Assembly (NCBI RefSeq): GCF_009914755.1
Contig: NC_060941.1
DNA: 64,000 bases
Reading direction: 5' to 3' (one strand)
DNA from: the human T2T-CHM13v2.0 reference genome, Homo sapiens
Part shown: one piece after another, positions 24,744-42,057 of the stretch
How positions within the stretch are numbered: the stretch's first letter is position 1
How the letters are laid out: each line of letters starts with the position of its first letter
The notes under the pieces: generated by a model
Databases searched by the model: none
Told to the model about the DNA's origin: nothing
The model's input: only the letters and a program-made list of their open reading frames with translations
Program-made: the position numbers and the translations under genes

Positions 24744-25039
24744 GCTGGGCATGGTGGTTAATGCCTATTATCTCAGCACTTGGGAGGCTAAGGCAGGAGG
24801 ATAACTTAAACCCAGGAGTTCAAGATCAGGTTGGGCAACACAGCCAGACCCCATCTCTGCAAAAAATTTTAAAATTAGTCAAGTGTGGTGGCATGCACCT
24901 GTAGTTCCAGCTACTTGGAACGGTGAGGCGGCAGGATCATCTCAGCCTGGAAGATCGAGGCTGCAGTGAGCCATGATGGCACCACAGCACTCCAGCCTGG
25001 GTGACAGAGTGAGACCCTGTCTTAAAAAACAAACAAACA
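24744..25039 (+). mobile_element. AluJ-like element whose tail received the SCD retrocopy
   Basis: TSD AAA(A/C)CTTGAA at 24734-24743 and 30433-30442. Confidence 0.88.
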
Positions 25040-25432
25040 GGGGCCGGGTGGTGTGGTGTCGGTGTCGGCAGCATCCCCGGCGCCCTGCTGCGGTCGCCGC
25101 GAGCCTCGGCCTCTGTCTCCTCCCCTTCCAGCCCTCACCTCCACGCGGGACCGCTCGCGCCAGTCAACTCCGCGCACGTTGCCCCTGCTTGGCAGCCAAT
25201 AAAAGGGGGCTGAGGAAATACCGGACACGGTCACCCGTTGCCAGCTCTAGCCTTTAAATTCCCGGATCGGGCACCTCCACGCACCGCGGCTAGCGCCGAC
25301 ACCCAGCTAGCGTGCAAGGCGCCGCGGCTCAGCGCGCACCGGCGGGCTTCGAAATCGCAGTCCTCCGGCGACCCCGAACTCCGCCCCGGAGCCTCAGCCC
25401 CTGGAAAGTGATCCTGGCATCCGAGAGCCAAG
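25040..25432 (+). promoter_or_regulatory. CpG-rich copy of the SCD proximal promoter/5'UTR with TATA-like elements
   Basis: Dense CpG; CCAATAAAA at about 25196-25204 and TTTAAAT at 25253-25259. Confidence 0.6.
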
Positions 25433-28400
25433 ATGCCGGCCCACTTGCTGCAGGACGATATCTCTAGCTCCTATACCACCACCACCACCACCATTACAGC
25501 GCCTCCTTCCAGGGTCCCGCAGAATGGAGGAGATAAGTTGGAGACGACGCCCCTCTACTTGGAAGAAGACATTCGCCCTGATATAAAAGATGATATATAT
25601 AACCTCACCTACAAGGATAAGGAAGGCCCAAGCCCCAAGGTTGAATATGTCTGGAGAAACATCATCCTTATGTCTCTGCTACACTTGGGCGCCCTGTATG
25701 GGATCACTTTGATTCCTACCTGCAACTTATACACCTGGCTTTGGGGGGTATTCTACTATTTTATCAGTGCCCTGGGCATAACAGCAGGAGCTCATCCTCT
25801 GTGGAGCCACTGATCTTACAAAGCTCGGCTGTCCCTGTGGCTCTTTCTGATCATTGCCAACACAATGGCATTCCAGAATGATGTCTATGAATGGGCTCGC
25901 GACCACCGTGCCCACCACAAGTTTTCAGAAACACATGCTGATCCTCATAATTCCTGACGTGGCTTTTTCTTCTCTCACGTGGGTTGGCTGCTTGTGCGCA
26001 AACACCCAACTGTCAAAGAGAAGGGCAGTACGCTAGACTTGTCTGACCTAGAAGCCGAGAAACTGGTGATGTTCCAGAGGAGGTACTACAAACCCGGCTT
26101 GCTGTTGATGTGCTTCATCCTGCCCACGCTTGTGCCCTGGTGTTTCTGGGGTGAAACTTTTCAAAACAGCGTGTTCGTTGCCACTTTCTTGCGATATGCT
26201 GTGGTGCTTAATGCCACGTGGCTGGTGAACAGTGCTGCCCACCTCTTCAGATATCGTCCTTATGACAAGAACATTAGCCTCCGGGAGAATATCCTGGTTT
26301 CACCTGGAGCTGTGGGTGAGGGCTTTCACAACTACCACCACTCCTTTCCCTATGACTACTCTGCCAGTGAGTACCGCTGGCACATCAACTTCACCACATT
26401 CTTCATTGATTGCATGGCCGCCTTCGGTCTGGCCTACGACCAGAAGAAAGTCTCCAAGGCCGCCATCTTGGCCAGGATTAAAAGAACCGGAGAGGGAAAC
26501 TACAAGAGTGGCTGAGTTTGGGGTCCCTCAGGTTCCTTCTTCAAAAGCCAGCCAGGCAGAGGTTTTAATGTCTGTTTATTAACTACTGAATAATGCTACC
26601 AGGATGCTAAAGATGATGATGATAACCCATTCCAGTACAGTATTCTTTTAAAATTCGAAAGTATTGAAAGCCAACAACTCTGCCTTTATGATGCTAAACT
26701 GACATTATTTCTTCTCTTATCCTCTCTCTCTTCTAGGCCCATTGTCCTCCTTTTCACTTTGTTGCTATCATCCTCCTTTCTCTTATTGCCACCCAGGCAA
26801 GCAGCTGGTCAGTCTTTGTTCAGTGTCCAGCTTCCAAAGCCTAGACAACCTTTCTGTAGCCTAAAACGAATGGTCTCTGCTCCAGATAACTCTCTTTCCT
26901 TGAGCTGTTGTGAGCTTTGAAGTAGGTGGCTTGAGCTAGAGATAAAACAGAATCTTCTGGGTAGTCCCCTGTTAATTATCTTCAGCCCAGGCTTTTGCTA
27001 GATGGAATGGAAAAGCAACTTCATTTGACACAAAGCTTCTAAAGCAGGTAAATTGTTGGGGGAGAGAGTTAGCATGTATGAATGTAAGGATGAGGGAAGC
27101 GAAGCAAGAGGAACCTCTTGCCATGATCAGACATGCAGCTGCCTACCTAGTGAGGACTTCAAGCCCCACCACATAGCATGCTTCCTTTCTCTCCTGGCTT
27201 GGGGTAAGAAGTGGCTGTGGTGTTTGGCAATGCTAATTCAATGCCGCAACATATAGTTTAGGCCAAGGATAAAGAAGAGACACTTTAAGTTTGTAGTAAA
27301 AGTGGTCTCTGCTGGGGAAGGGTTTTCTTTTCTTTTTTTCTTTAATAACAAGGAGATTTCTTAGTTCATGTATCAAGAATTCTTGAAGTTGGGTGTTTCC
27401 ATAATTGGTAAAAACAGCAGCTCACAGAATTTTGAGTATTCCATGAGCTGCTCATCACAGTTCTTTCCTCTTTCTGCTCTGCCATCTTCAGGATATTGGT
27501 TGTTCCCCTCATAGTAATAAGATGGCTGTGGCATTTCCAACCATCCAAAAAAAGGGAAGGATTTTAGGAGGTGGAGTCGGGTCAAACAAGAAATATATAT
27601 ATACATATATACATTGCTTAGAACGTTAAACTATTAGAGTATTTCCCTCCCAAAGAGGGATGTTTGAAAAAACTCTGAAGGAGAGGAGGAATTAGTTGGG
27701 ATGCCAATTTCCTCTCCACTGCTGTACATGAGATGGGGAGGTTGAGGGACAGGATCTATAGGCAGCTTCTAAGAGCAAACTTCACACAGGAAGGGATCTG
27801 AGAACACATTGCCGGGGGCTTGAGAAGGTTACTGAGTGAGTTATTGGGAGTCTTAATAAAATAAACTAGATATTAGGTCCATTCATTAATTAGTTCCAGT
27901 TTCTCCTTGAAATGAGTAAAAACTAGAAGGCTTCTCCCCACAGTGTTGTGCCCCTTCACTCATTTTTTATTGGCGGGGTGGGGGGCTCTGTTAACATCTA
28001 GCCTAAGTATAGAACTGCCTGGGGGGCAGGGTTAGGAATCTCTTCACTACCCTGATTCTTGATTCCTGGTTCTACCCTGTCTGTCCCTTTTCTTTTACTA
28101 GATCTTTCTCTTCCCTGAACGTTTTCTTCTTTCCCTGGACAGGCAGCCTCCTTTGGGTGTATTCAGAGGCAGTGATGACTTGCTGTCCAGGCAGCTCCCT
28201 CCTGCAGACAGAATGCTCAGGGTCACTGAACCACTGCTTCTCTTCCGAAAGTAGAGCTAGCTGCCACTTTCGCATGGCCTCCGGAGTGTCTCCACCTACA
28301 CCTCTGTGCTCCCCCGCCACACTGATGGCTCAAGACAAGGCTGGCAAACCCTCCCAGAAATGTCTCTGGCCCAGAAAGCCTCTCTCTCCCTCCCTCTCTC

Positions 28401-29884
28401 ATGAGGCACAGCCAAGCCAAGTGCTCATGAGCCAGTGGGCCTGCCACAGAGCAAACGAGGGTTTATTTTCAGTCCCCTCTCTCTGGATCAGAACCAGAGA
28501 GCATGCTGAATGCCCCTCTGCTTGCTCGGTAAGGGTGCCCCACCTGAATCAGTGCTCTCAGCTGGCAGTGCAATGCTTGTAGAAGTAGGAGGAAACAGTT
28601 CTCACTGGGAAGAAGCAAGGGCAAGAACCCAAGTGCCTCACCTCAAAAGGAGGCCCTGTTCCCTGGAGTCAGGGTGAACTGCAAACCTTTGGCTGAGACC
28701 TGGGATTTGAGATACCACAAACCCTGCTGAACAGAGTGTCTGTTCAGCAAACTAACCAGCATTCCCTATAGCCTAGGGAATAGTATAGAAGTCTGGCAAA
28801 AACAGAAACAGAACATCAGTGTTTTGAGAACCTTGGACTACTCCTGTCCCTGTAGCTCAGTCATCAAAGCAGAAGCCTGGCTTTGCTCTATTAAGATTGG
28901 AAATGTACACTACCAAACACTCAGTCCACTGTTGAGCCCCAGTGCTGGAAGGAAGGAGGGCCTTTCTTCCTGTGTTAATTGCATGGAGGCTACAGGGGTT
29001 AGCCTGGACTAAAGGCATCCTTGTGTTTTGAGCTATTCACCTCAGTAGAAAAGAATCTAAGGGAAGATCACTGTAGTTTAGCTCTGTTGACCTGTGCACC
29101 TACCCCTTGGAAATGTCTGCTGTTATTTCTAATTCCACAGGTCATAAGATGCCTTCTTGATGATATATGAACGATAAAAACAACTTTCACTTCTTCCTAT
29201 TGTAATCGTGTGCCATGGATCTGATCTGTACCATGACCCTACATAAGGCTGGATGGCACCCTCAGGCTGAGGGCCCCAATGTATGTGTGGCTGTGGGTGT
29301 GGGTGTGGGTGTATCTGCTGAGTAAGGAACACTATTCTCAAGATTCTAAAGCTCAATTCAAGTGACACATTAATGATAAACTCAGATCTGATCAAGAGTC
29401 TGGATTTCTAACAGTCCTTGCTTCGGGGCTGTGCTGGCAACTTAACTCGGGTGCCTTACATCTTTTCTAATCATAGTGTTGCATATGAGCCTGCCCTCAC
29501 TCCCTCTGTGGAATCCCTTTGCACCTGAGAGCCTACTGAAGTGGCTGGTAGAAAAAGGGGCCTGAGTGAAGGATTATCAGTATCGCGATTTGCAGGATTC
29601 CCTTCTGGGCTTCATTCTGGAAACTTTTGTTAGGGCTGCTTTTAAGTGCCCACATTTGATGGAGGGTGGAAGTAATTTGAATGTATTTGATTTATATATA
29701 TATATATTTTTAAGGTTAAAAGATGGTTGTAGCATTTAAAATGGAAAATTTTCTCCTCGGTTTGCTAGTATCTTGGGTGTATTCTCTCTAAGTGTAGCTC
29801 AAATAGGTCATCATGAAAGGTTAAAAAAGTGAGGTGGCCATGTTACGCTGGTGGTTAAGGCCAGGGCCTCTCCTACCACTGTGC

Positions 29885-29998
29885 CACTGACTTGCTATGT
29901 CACCCTGGGCAAGTCACTTAACTATAAGGTGCCTCAGTTTTCCTTCTGTTAAAATGGGGATAATAATACTGACCTACCTCAAAGGGCAGTTTTGAGGC
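29885..29998 (+). mobile_element. MIR fragment carried within the SCD 3'UTR
   Basis: CTGGGCAAGTCACTTAAC...GCCTCAGTTTTCCTTCTGTTAAAATGGGGATAATAATA MIR core. Confidence 0.8.
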
Positions 29999-30613
29999 GT
30001 GACTAATGCTTTTTAGAAAGCATTTTGGGATCCTTCAGCACAGGGATTCTCAAGACCTGAGTATTTTTTATAATAGCAATGTCCACCATCAACTTGATAT
30101 GTCCGTGTGTCCCAGATGCTGTCATTAGTCTATATGGTTCTCCAAAAAATTGAATGAATCCATTGGAGAAGCAGTGGATTAACTAGCCAGACAAAATTTG
30201 AGAATGCATAAAAAACACATTGCCACGGAAACATACAGAGGATGCCTTTTCTGTGATTGGGTGGGATTTTTTCCCTTTTTATGTGGGACATAGTAGTTAC
30301 TTGTGACAAGAATAATTTTGGAATAATTTCTATTAACATCAACTCTGAAGCTAATTGTACTAATCTGAGATTGTGTTTGTTTATAATAAAAGTGAAGTAA
30401 TCCAAAAAACAAACAAACAAAACCATAAAACAAAACCTTGAAATGTGGCTAATCTGGATTGAATTATGCTGTAAATGTAAAATACACATCAGATTTCTAA
30501 GAGTTAGAACATAAAAGAGAATGTAAAGTATCTCACCAGTAATTTTTTTAATTGATCACATGTTGCAATGGTAATGTTTAGGGGTATATTGGGTTAAATA
30601 AAGCATGTTATTA

Positions 30614-31109
<496 letters not shown>

Positions 31110-31224
31110 TTAAAAAAACAAACAAACAAACAAACAAAAAACTATGTTGCCCAGGCTGGAGTGTACTAGCTATTTACGGTATTCACAGGCACAATCATGG
31201 CACGCTATGGGCTGGAACTCCTAG

Positions 31225-31578
<354 letters not shown>

Positions 31579-31959
31579 TGAGCCCCGTGCCCAGCCACGC
31601 TTGAGTTTTTAAAAAGACCTGGGTGTTTATCTGGGATGTGAGCCCGTTTCCTTTTACTGTTTTTAATATGACTGCTAAAAATTTTAAACTACACATATGG
31701 CTCACGTTATATTTCCACTGGACCTCGCTGCTCTGAACTAACAGATGAGGACCATAACACTGGCTTTAAAAATTACGTAATATGGGCTGGGCGCGGTGGC
31801 TCATGCCTGTAATCCCAGCACTTTGGGAGGCCAAGGTGGGCGGATCACAAGGTTAGGAGACTGAGACCATCCTGGCTAACATGGTGAAACCCCATCTGTA
31901 CTAAAAAATAGAAAAATTAGCCGGGCGTGGTGGCGGGTGCCTGTAGTCCTGGCTACTCA

Positions 31960-32630
<671 letters not shown>

Positions 32631-32761
32631 TCATCATCTCAACAATGGCCAGGTTGTAGATTAACTGCCTTGAGGTGATCTCTGGTATTTAGCAGTTGGG
32701 TCTTCATGCCTGATGTATTTCAAAATTAGCCCCTGGAGTTTCTAAATATGTGCATAATTAG

Positions 32762-32983
<222 letters not shown>

Positions 32984-34168
32984 TAGCTAATTTTTGTATT
33001 TTTAGTAGAGATAAGCTTTCACCATGTTGGCCAGGCTGGTCTCAAACTCCTGGCCGCAAGTGATCCACCTACCTCGGTCTCCCAAAGTGCTGAGATTACA
33101 GGCATGAGTCACCAGGCCCAGCCAACAAATAATTTTAAAGTATGTTTCAAGGCTAAATGTAAGAAAGGAAAAAAGTTTCAAAACGCATTTTGAAGCTGAG
33201 CTACTTGGTTACATATTGATGCTTTTATTTCTGTAGGATAGATTTCCCAAACAGACTGCTAGCTCAAATGTTATTTTCCAAATTGGCTTTAGCAATTTAT
33301 ATTCCCACCAGCATGTATGAGTGTCCTTTACTCATGCTTTCAGTATGAGGTATGATTACTCTTTTTATTTGTTTGTTTGAGACAGGGTTTCTTTCGCTCT
33401 GTTACCCAGGCTGGAATGCAGTGGCATGATCTCAGCTCACTGCAACCTCTAATCCTGGCTCAAGTGATCCTCCAGCCTCAGCTTCCCAAGTAGCTGGGAC
33501 CAAAGGCATGAGCCACCATGGCCAGCCCAGTTTTGTATTTCTTGTAGAGACGGTGTTTCACCATGTTGTCCAGGCTGGTCTTGAACTCCTGAGCTCAAAG
33601 TTATCTGCCTCCCTTGGCCTCCCAAAGTGCTGAGATTACAGGCATGAGCCACCGTGCCTGATGCAGATATGGTTACTCTTTATAACTTTTGTCAGTCACT
33701 GAAAAGTGGCATCTCTTTCTTGTTTTAATTTGCTTTTTCCTGAATAGTGAGGCTGAACAGTATCTTTTTATATTTTTATTGACCATTTGAATTTCCTCTT
33801 CTGCAATTTGCCTATTTGCAGCCTTTGTCCATTTTTCTATTTGTCATTAGTTTCTTTCTAATTACTTTGTAGAAACTATTTATATGTTACAGACTTTCAT
33901 TCATATGTGTTACAAATATTTTCCCCAATCTATTGTTTTTTTCTTAATTTCGTTTACGCTCTCACCATGGAAAAAACTTAACTTTCCTTTATGATTCCTC
34001 TTAATCAAGTTCTCTTCATACACACCTCCTCACTTTTATTTTTATTATTTTATACTTAGATATCTAATGCATTTCAAGTTATATTATCTTACATGATATA
34101 ACATAGTGGCTGATTGACCCAAATTTGCAATCAACTCTATAAAATAGAATCTCTACTACAATGCCTTA

Positions 34169-34791
<623 letters not shown>

Positions 34792-35342
34792 TAATTTTTG
34801 TATTTTTAGTAGAGAGGAGTTTTGCCATGTTGGTCAGGCTGGTCTCGAGTTCCTGACCTCAAGTGATCTGCCCACCTCGGCCTCCCAAAGTGCTGAGATT
34901 ACAGGCACGAGCCACCATGCCCAGCCTATTATTTTCTTTTTCAGGCAAGCCAGTTTCTTTACTAAAAGGGTCATATTTACATGTTACGGGCAGGAAGAAT
35001 ATAGGGTGAAGGACCCCCTTCTTTTCTTTTTATCAAGAAAACAATAGCTTTCCTGGAAACTGTACCCATTAGACTTCTAATTGTGTCTCACCAAGTGGGA
35101 CATGGCCACTCTTATTTTCAAGAGAGTCTAGGGTGGTAAATAGATTTGTCTGGGCACATTGCTGCCCTAAACAAAATCAAGATTCTGAATGAAAATTGGG
35201 TAGGGAACTAGCGGTGTCTGTCATAGGAGCTAGCTTTATTTTCTTCTAGTTGTATACTCAATTATGCCAGAACCGTAAAATAAATAAAATAAAAAATAAA
35301 ATAATAAAATAAAATAAATAAATAAAAAGTCATCTTGGTCCT

Positions 35343-35715
35343 TGTATTAGTCTGTTCTCATGCTGCTATAAAGTACTGCCCGGGACCGGGTGATTTATAA
35401 AGGAAAGAGGTTTAATCAACTCACAGTTGCACAGGGCTGGGGAAGCCTCAAGAAACTTACAATCATAGCAGAAGGGGAGGCAAACACATCCTTCTTCACC
35501 TGGTGGTAGGAAGGAGAAGTGCCCAGCGAAGGGGGAAAAGCCCCTTATAGAACCATCAGATCTTGTGAGAACTCACTCACTATCACTAGAACAGCGTGGG
35601 GGTAACTGCCCCCATGATTTAATTACCTCCCACTGGGTCCTTCCACGACATGTGGGGATTATGGGAACTACAATTCAAGATGAGATTTGGGTGGGGACAC
35701 AGCCAAACCATATCA
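35343..35715 (-). mobile_element. THE1 MaLR solo LTR
   Basis: TGTATTAGTCTGTTCTC...CAGCCAAACCATATCA; near-TSD GTCCT/GTCAT. Confidence 0.92.
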
Positions 35716-36419
35716 GTCATTTATTAGATTGCCATGTAGTTCGATCAATTTTGGGGTTCTATTTTTCTTGTTTTAAAAAATAGAGATGGAGTCTCGTTCT
35801 GTTGCCCAGGCTGGAAGTATACAAGCATGATCATAACTCACTGCAGCCTTAAACTTCTGGGCTCAAGCAATCCTCCCACCTCAGCCTCCTGGGTAGCTGG
35901 GACTACAGGCACATGCCAGCACACCCGGCTACCTTTTTTATTTTTATTTTTCGTAGAAATGGGGTTTTGCCACGTTGCCCAGGGTGGTCTCAAACTTCTG
36001 GGCCTCAAGTGATCCGTGATCTACCCTCTTGGCCTCCCAAAATGCTGGAATTACAGGCATGAGCCATCACACCCGGCCTAATTTAAAAAATATTTATAGA
36101 CATGGGGTCTCACTTTGTTGTCAAGGCTGGTTTTGAATTCCTGGCCTCAGGCCAGGCGTGGTGGCCTGTAATCCCAGCACTCTGGGAGGATGAGGTGGGC
36201 CAGAGGCCAGGAGTTCGAGACCAGCCTGGCCAACATGGTGAAACCCTGCCTCTACTAAAAATACAACAATTACCTGGGCGTGATGGCAGGTGCCTGTAGT
36301 CCCAGTTATTAGGGAGGCTGAGGCGGAGAATCACTTGAATCTGGGAGGTGGAGGTTGCAGTAAGCCAAGATCATGCCGCTGCACTCCAGCTTGGGTGACG
36401 GAGAAAGACCCCATCTCAG

Positions 36420-36468
<49 letters not shown>

Positions 36469-37569
36469 CTGGCCTCAAGCCACCCTCCCGCCTTGGGCTC
36501 CCAAAGTTCTGGAATTACAGGCATGAGCCACTGTGCTATTTTCTCTAATGATCTAGATGTCTATTCCTGTGCCGACAGCATACTGTTTTATTTATCATAG
36601 CTTCATTTTAAGTTTAATATATGATAAGACAGGTCTCCTTTGCTGGTCTTCCTTTCCAAATATTCTTGACCATCTCATTTATTCTTCTATATGAATGTTA
36701 AAATTACTGTCTAGCTTTTTAAAAAATTGATGTATTCTGATTCTAATTTCACTTATATGCTAATTTGGATTTATATGTTACATTTATATTTTAATAAAAG
36801 AATTAGCACCTTTATGATATTAATTCTTCCTATTCAAAATCATAGAATATTTTTCCTTCATTTAAAGGTATGATTTTTAGGTCTTTAGAAAAGGTCTAAG
36901 TCTTGAATTTTTATGTAGCCAAATTTATAGAAAAAATTTTCCTTATAGCTTCTGAATTTGGTAACACGTGCTTTAAAAGGCCTTTTCCACTCCAAGATTA
37001 GAAAAATATTCATCCATGTTTCCCTTAGTACTTTTCTGGTTTCATATTTTATCTTTAATTTTTGATGCATATGTAGTTTATTTTGGCATAAAGTGATGAT
37101 TTAGGTCTTTTTTTTAAAGTCTAACCAGTTGTCTCATTACATTTACTGCATAAGCCACCTTTCTCCCACTGATCTGGAATTCTAGTTTTATCATATCATG
37201 AATTCAGTGTGTATTTGGATCCAGTTTTCATTTTTGCAATTTGTTCTGTTTCTATATGAATACAATAAACATTTAGCATCTTTGGAGTGCTAAGTGATTT
37301 CATCAAAATATTTAATGTTCAATTCCCTGTGAATTCCATATTTTTCTTCCATTTTGAGATAAGAAAAGTGAACCTAGAGAAGGTAAGTTAATTGGCCGGT
37401 CACAGTGGCTCACACCTGTAATCCCAGCACTTTGGGAGGCCAAGGCGTGCAGATCACCTGAGGCCAGGAGTTTGAGACCAGCCTGGCCAACATGGTGAAA
37501 CCTCATCTCTACTAATAATGCAAAAATTAGCCGGGTGTGGTGGTGCACACCTGTAATCTCAGCTACTCA

Positions 37570-37725
<156 letters not shown>

Positions 37726-39813
37726 TTATTTCTCATGCGTTCGGATGTGGGCTCTTGTACTTTCCCCAGGGAGAGCAGCTCGTAGTCTTCATTACTTCAG
37801 AGTTGGGATGAGCATTCACATTAGAAGACATGGATGAGGTTCTGAGGTTATTATTATGGTATTGATCTAGGGACCAAGCAATGCCTAGGTCCCTGGGTGC
37901 CCTCTTCTCTTTGGCGTTCTAGATCGAGGAAGCTACAGAGAGGTATACACAAGGAATGGAAACCCAGTACCTCCCACTATGCAGCTCTGTTATGTTCCAT
38001 ATTTTCTCTCTTCTCCCTGAAACTAACATGACACAGACTGCAGAGGAGGCCTCTATAAGAGAACAAAAGAGAAATAAATAAGGCCCAAGGAATGCCTTGA
38101 ACTCTGACCAATCATATTAACCAACCACTCCTCCTAGGAGCTGAGGGGCCTAGGAAAGTCTTTTTGGGGCGGTAGTCCTGGGGAAATGGAGCAGAAGTGC
38201 TCTCTCCCAAGATCTGCAAAGTTGAACCATATATCTCTAGTGTCACCAAAGGGCTACAGAGATTAAAAATTGAGGTGGGGTTGATGGTGGTTATGGTTAG
38301 AGTCATTGTTTCCTGAGTGTTTTTATGTTCTCAGCCTATGAGTGTTTGCCACTTCTACGAACCCCAGTTCCTCAGAATTTCTCATTAGAAACCTCAAGAA
38401 TTGCCTATAGGGTATGTGAACTCCTGGCTGCTGGTGTCTTCCATCACCCAATAATCGAAAAACATATCATTGTTTCAAGATCTCTTTTGAAAAATAGTTT
38501 CACTGGGATATAATTCCAGTTTGACAATGATTTTCCTTTCAGACGTTAGAAGTGTTATTCTGCTATCTTCTGGCTTCTTCTGTTTCTGTTGAGAAATCTG
38601 CTGTCATTTTCATTTGTTTCTTTGTAGGTAAGATATATTTCTCTCTAGCTGTTTTAGGATCGTTCTCTTCAGTTTTCTGTAGTTTCACTATGATGTGTCT
38701 TGATGTGGATTTCTTTTTTTTTTTCTGGATTGCAGTTCACTGAGTTTCTTTAAGAATTTGGGTCTCATTAATTCTTGAAAATTCTCAGTCATAACCTTTC
38801 AAATATGGCCTCTGCCCCATTTTCTCTATTTCCTCCTTCTGGAAATCCAGGTATACATTGGATCTTTGCACTCTATCGTCCATGACCCATGATCTTTCAC
38901 GCTTTCCATTTCTTTGTCTCTGTGCATTCTGGGTAACTTCTTTGGGGCTATCTTCTAGGTCACAAATTATTCATTCATACTATTCATCTGTTTAATCTTT
39001 CCATTGATTTTCTACTTTCAAATATTATAATTTTCTTTTTTTAAATTTTTTGCCTCTCCCAAAATCAGGTGTTATTTTTAAAAATTATTGTTATTATTAT
39101 TATTTTGAGACAGAGTCTCACTGTGTCGCCCAGGCTGGAGGAGTGCAGTAGTGCGATCTCAGTTCACTGCAACCTCCCCATCCCGGGGTCAAGCAATTCT
39201 TGTGCCTCAACCTCCGGAGTAACTGGGACCACAGGCCTGCGCCATGACGCCCGGCTAATTTTTGTATTTTTAGTGGAGGCAGGGTTTCACTATGTTGGCC
39301 AGGCTGCTCCTGAACTCCTGGCCTCAAGTCATCCACTCGCCTCAGCCTCCCAAAGTGCTGGGATTACAGGCATGAGCCACTGCACCCAACCTTATTATAA
39401 TAATTTTCATTTCAAAAGTTGTTTGATTCCCTAATCACTACCTACTTTCATGCTGTGTTTTAACCTAGTCAAACTGCTGGTCTCATATGTTTTGTTTTTT
39501 GTCTTTGAGAGAGTCTCACTGTCACCCAGGCTGGAGTGCAATAGCATGATCTCGGCTCACCGCACCCTCCACCTCCTGGATTCAAGTTATTCTCCTGCCT
39601 CAGCCTCCCAAGTAGCTGGGATTACAGGCGTGTGCCACCACATCTGGCTAACTTTTTTTTTTCTGAATTGGAGTCTTGCTCTGTCGCCCAGACTGGAGTG
39701 CAGTGGCACAGTCTTGGCTCATTGTTCCAGCAATTCTCCTGCCTCAGCCTCCCGGGTAGCTGGGATTATAGGCATGTGCCACTGTGCCCAGCTAGTTTTT
39801 GTATTTTTAGTAG

Positions 39814-39945
<132 letters not shown>

Positions 39946-41551
39946 TAGTAGTTAAAGCAAGATAATGGGTACCTAGGAATTTGTTAGATTTTTATCTACT
40001 TTTGGCATATTAAATGATTTCCATAATAAGTTTTAAAGGGCAGGGAGGGGGTCATCACACTTTAAAAAGTTGGGGATAATTGAACAATAGGCCATATGAA
40101 AACATGACAATTTAAACTGGGTTATGGAGAAGACAGAATTGTGGGGCATGAAACTTTTCTGGAATACAGTGGAGGATTCTGAATGGGTTGAGGACAGCAG
40201 GAAGGGAGGCTGTGGATATGTGGGAGACAGGAAAGAAGAGGCAGAGAATAGGAAGTGGGTTCCAACCCATGATGGGAGGAAACCAACACGGTCTGTTCCA
40301 TTTTCCTCAGGGCCCTAGGACCACAGAGCCACTAAGATAATCTATATGCTGCCTTCATTTGAATATCAAGGACTGCTGGTGTCTGGGTTCAGGGAATTTT
40401 TTCCATTGCTCCCTTCTGTCTAGTCTGGTATAGCCGGTCTGACCTCTTGGCTCAACTGGTATCATCTCCAACCAATTCGTGCCATGCCTTGCTAAGAGAA
40501 AGACCATAAGAGGCAATGAAGAAAAGAACAGTTCAGACTTCTTTTCTTAGGTGACATAATTCTGTCTTTCCACTTTCTGTCCTGTCATGAAAAATTTGAA
40601 GAAAAATTTTAATTAAAGTATACACATTCAACTGGGCATGGTGGCTCATGCCTGTAATCCCAGCAATTTGGGAGGCCAAGGCAGGAGGATCACCTGAGGT
40701 CAGGAGTTTCAGACCAACCTGGCCAACATGGTGAAACCTCATCTCTACTAAAATTACAAAAATTAGCCAAGTGTAGTGGCACACGCCTGTAATTCCATCT
40801 ACTCAGGAGGCTAAGGCAGGAGAATCACTTGAAACCAGGAGGTGGCAGTTGCAGTGAGCCAAGATAGTGCCAATGCACTCCAGCCTGGGTGACAGAGCAA
40901 GACTCTGTCTCAAAAAAAAAAAAAAATCTGCATGCACAAGCAGAGAATATGTATTAAAAAAATCAGCAGAGCCTCACATTCAAGGATTTTCTACACAAGA
41001 AACCATTCCTAAAATATGTGCTTGGAATTACTAGGGTTTCTCTTGCAAACATTTTAATAACACCTCATTCTTTTAAAATTGTGGTTATATATATCATGTT
41101 ATTAGATCATTACAGCAACTCTCCTGGGTAAAGCGGTTATTTCTAGGTCATTTTATAGAAGGAAAAACAACCAGTACTTTTTTTTGCTTTACTTCAGTAG
41201 CTATTGCCTCCTTCAGTTTGAAATTTCAATCCTGGCACGTAGTGGAGGCTCAACAAATATTTGTTGGAGGAATGCCATTTAAAATACAATGATTGGATAG
41301 GAGAATATTTAAGGGCATTAACATTTTTTAAAAGCCAAAAAAAATTACAATTGGACTTAGGAGATTTTGATTTTTTTGTGTGTATTTTCTTTTAAAAAAT
41401 AAGCTTCTCTAGGCTGGGCTTGGTGGCTCATGCCTGTAATCCCAGCAGTTTGGGAGGCTGAGGCGGGTGGATCACCTGAGGTCAGGAGTTTGAGACCAGC
41501 CTGGCTAACATGGTGAAAACCCATCTCTACTAAAAATACAAAAATTAGCTA

Positions 41552-41794
<243 letters not shown>

Positions 41795-41841
41795 TTATGA
41801 TTTAGACTAGTAAATTCTTTTTTTTTTTTTTTTTTTTTTGA

Positions 41842-42057
<216 letters not shown>

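Larger units (their letters stand above)
25040..30403 (+). pseudogene. SCDP1: Stearoyl-CoA desaturase (SCD) full-length processed pseudogene
   Basis: CDS 25433-26515 MPAHLLQDDISSSY...GNYKSG; intronless, no frameshift, in-frame TGA at 25811 and 25955; His boxes HPLWSH, HRAHH, HNYHH; about 3.9 kb 3'UTR; AATAAA 30385-30390; TSD AAAAAACAAACAAACA at 25024-25039 and 30404-30419. Confidence 0.98.

Noticed and set aside
25433-26515. SCD ORFs of 126 aa and 178 aa as functional CDS
   Set aside because: Fragments of a processed pseudogene split by two in-frame stops
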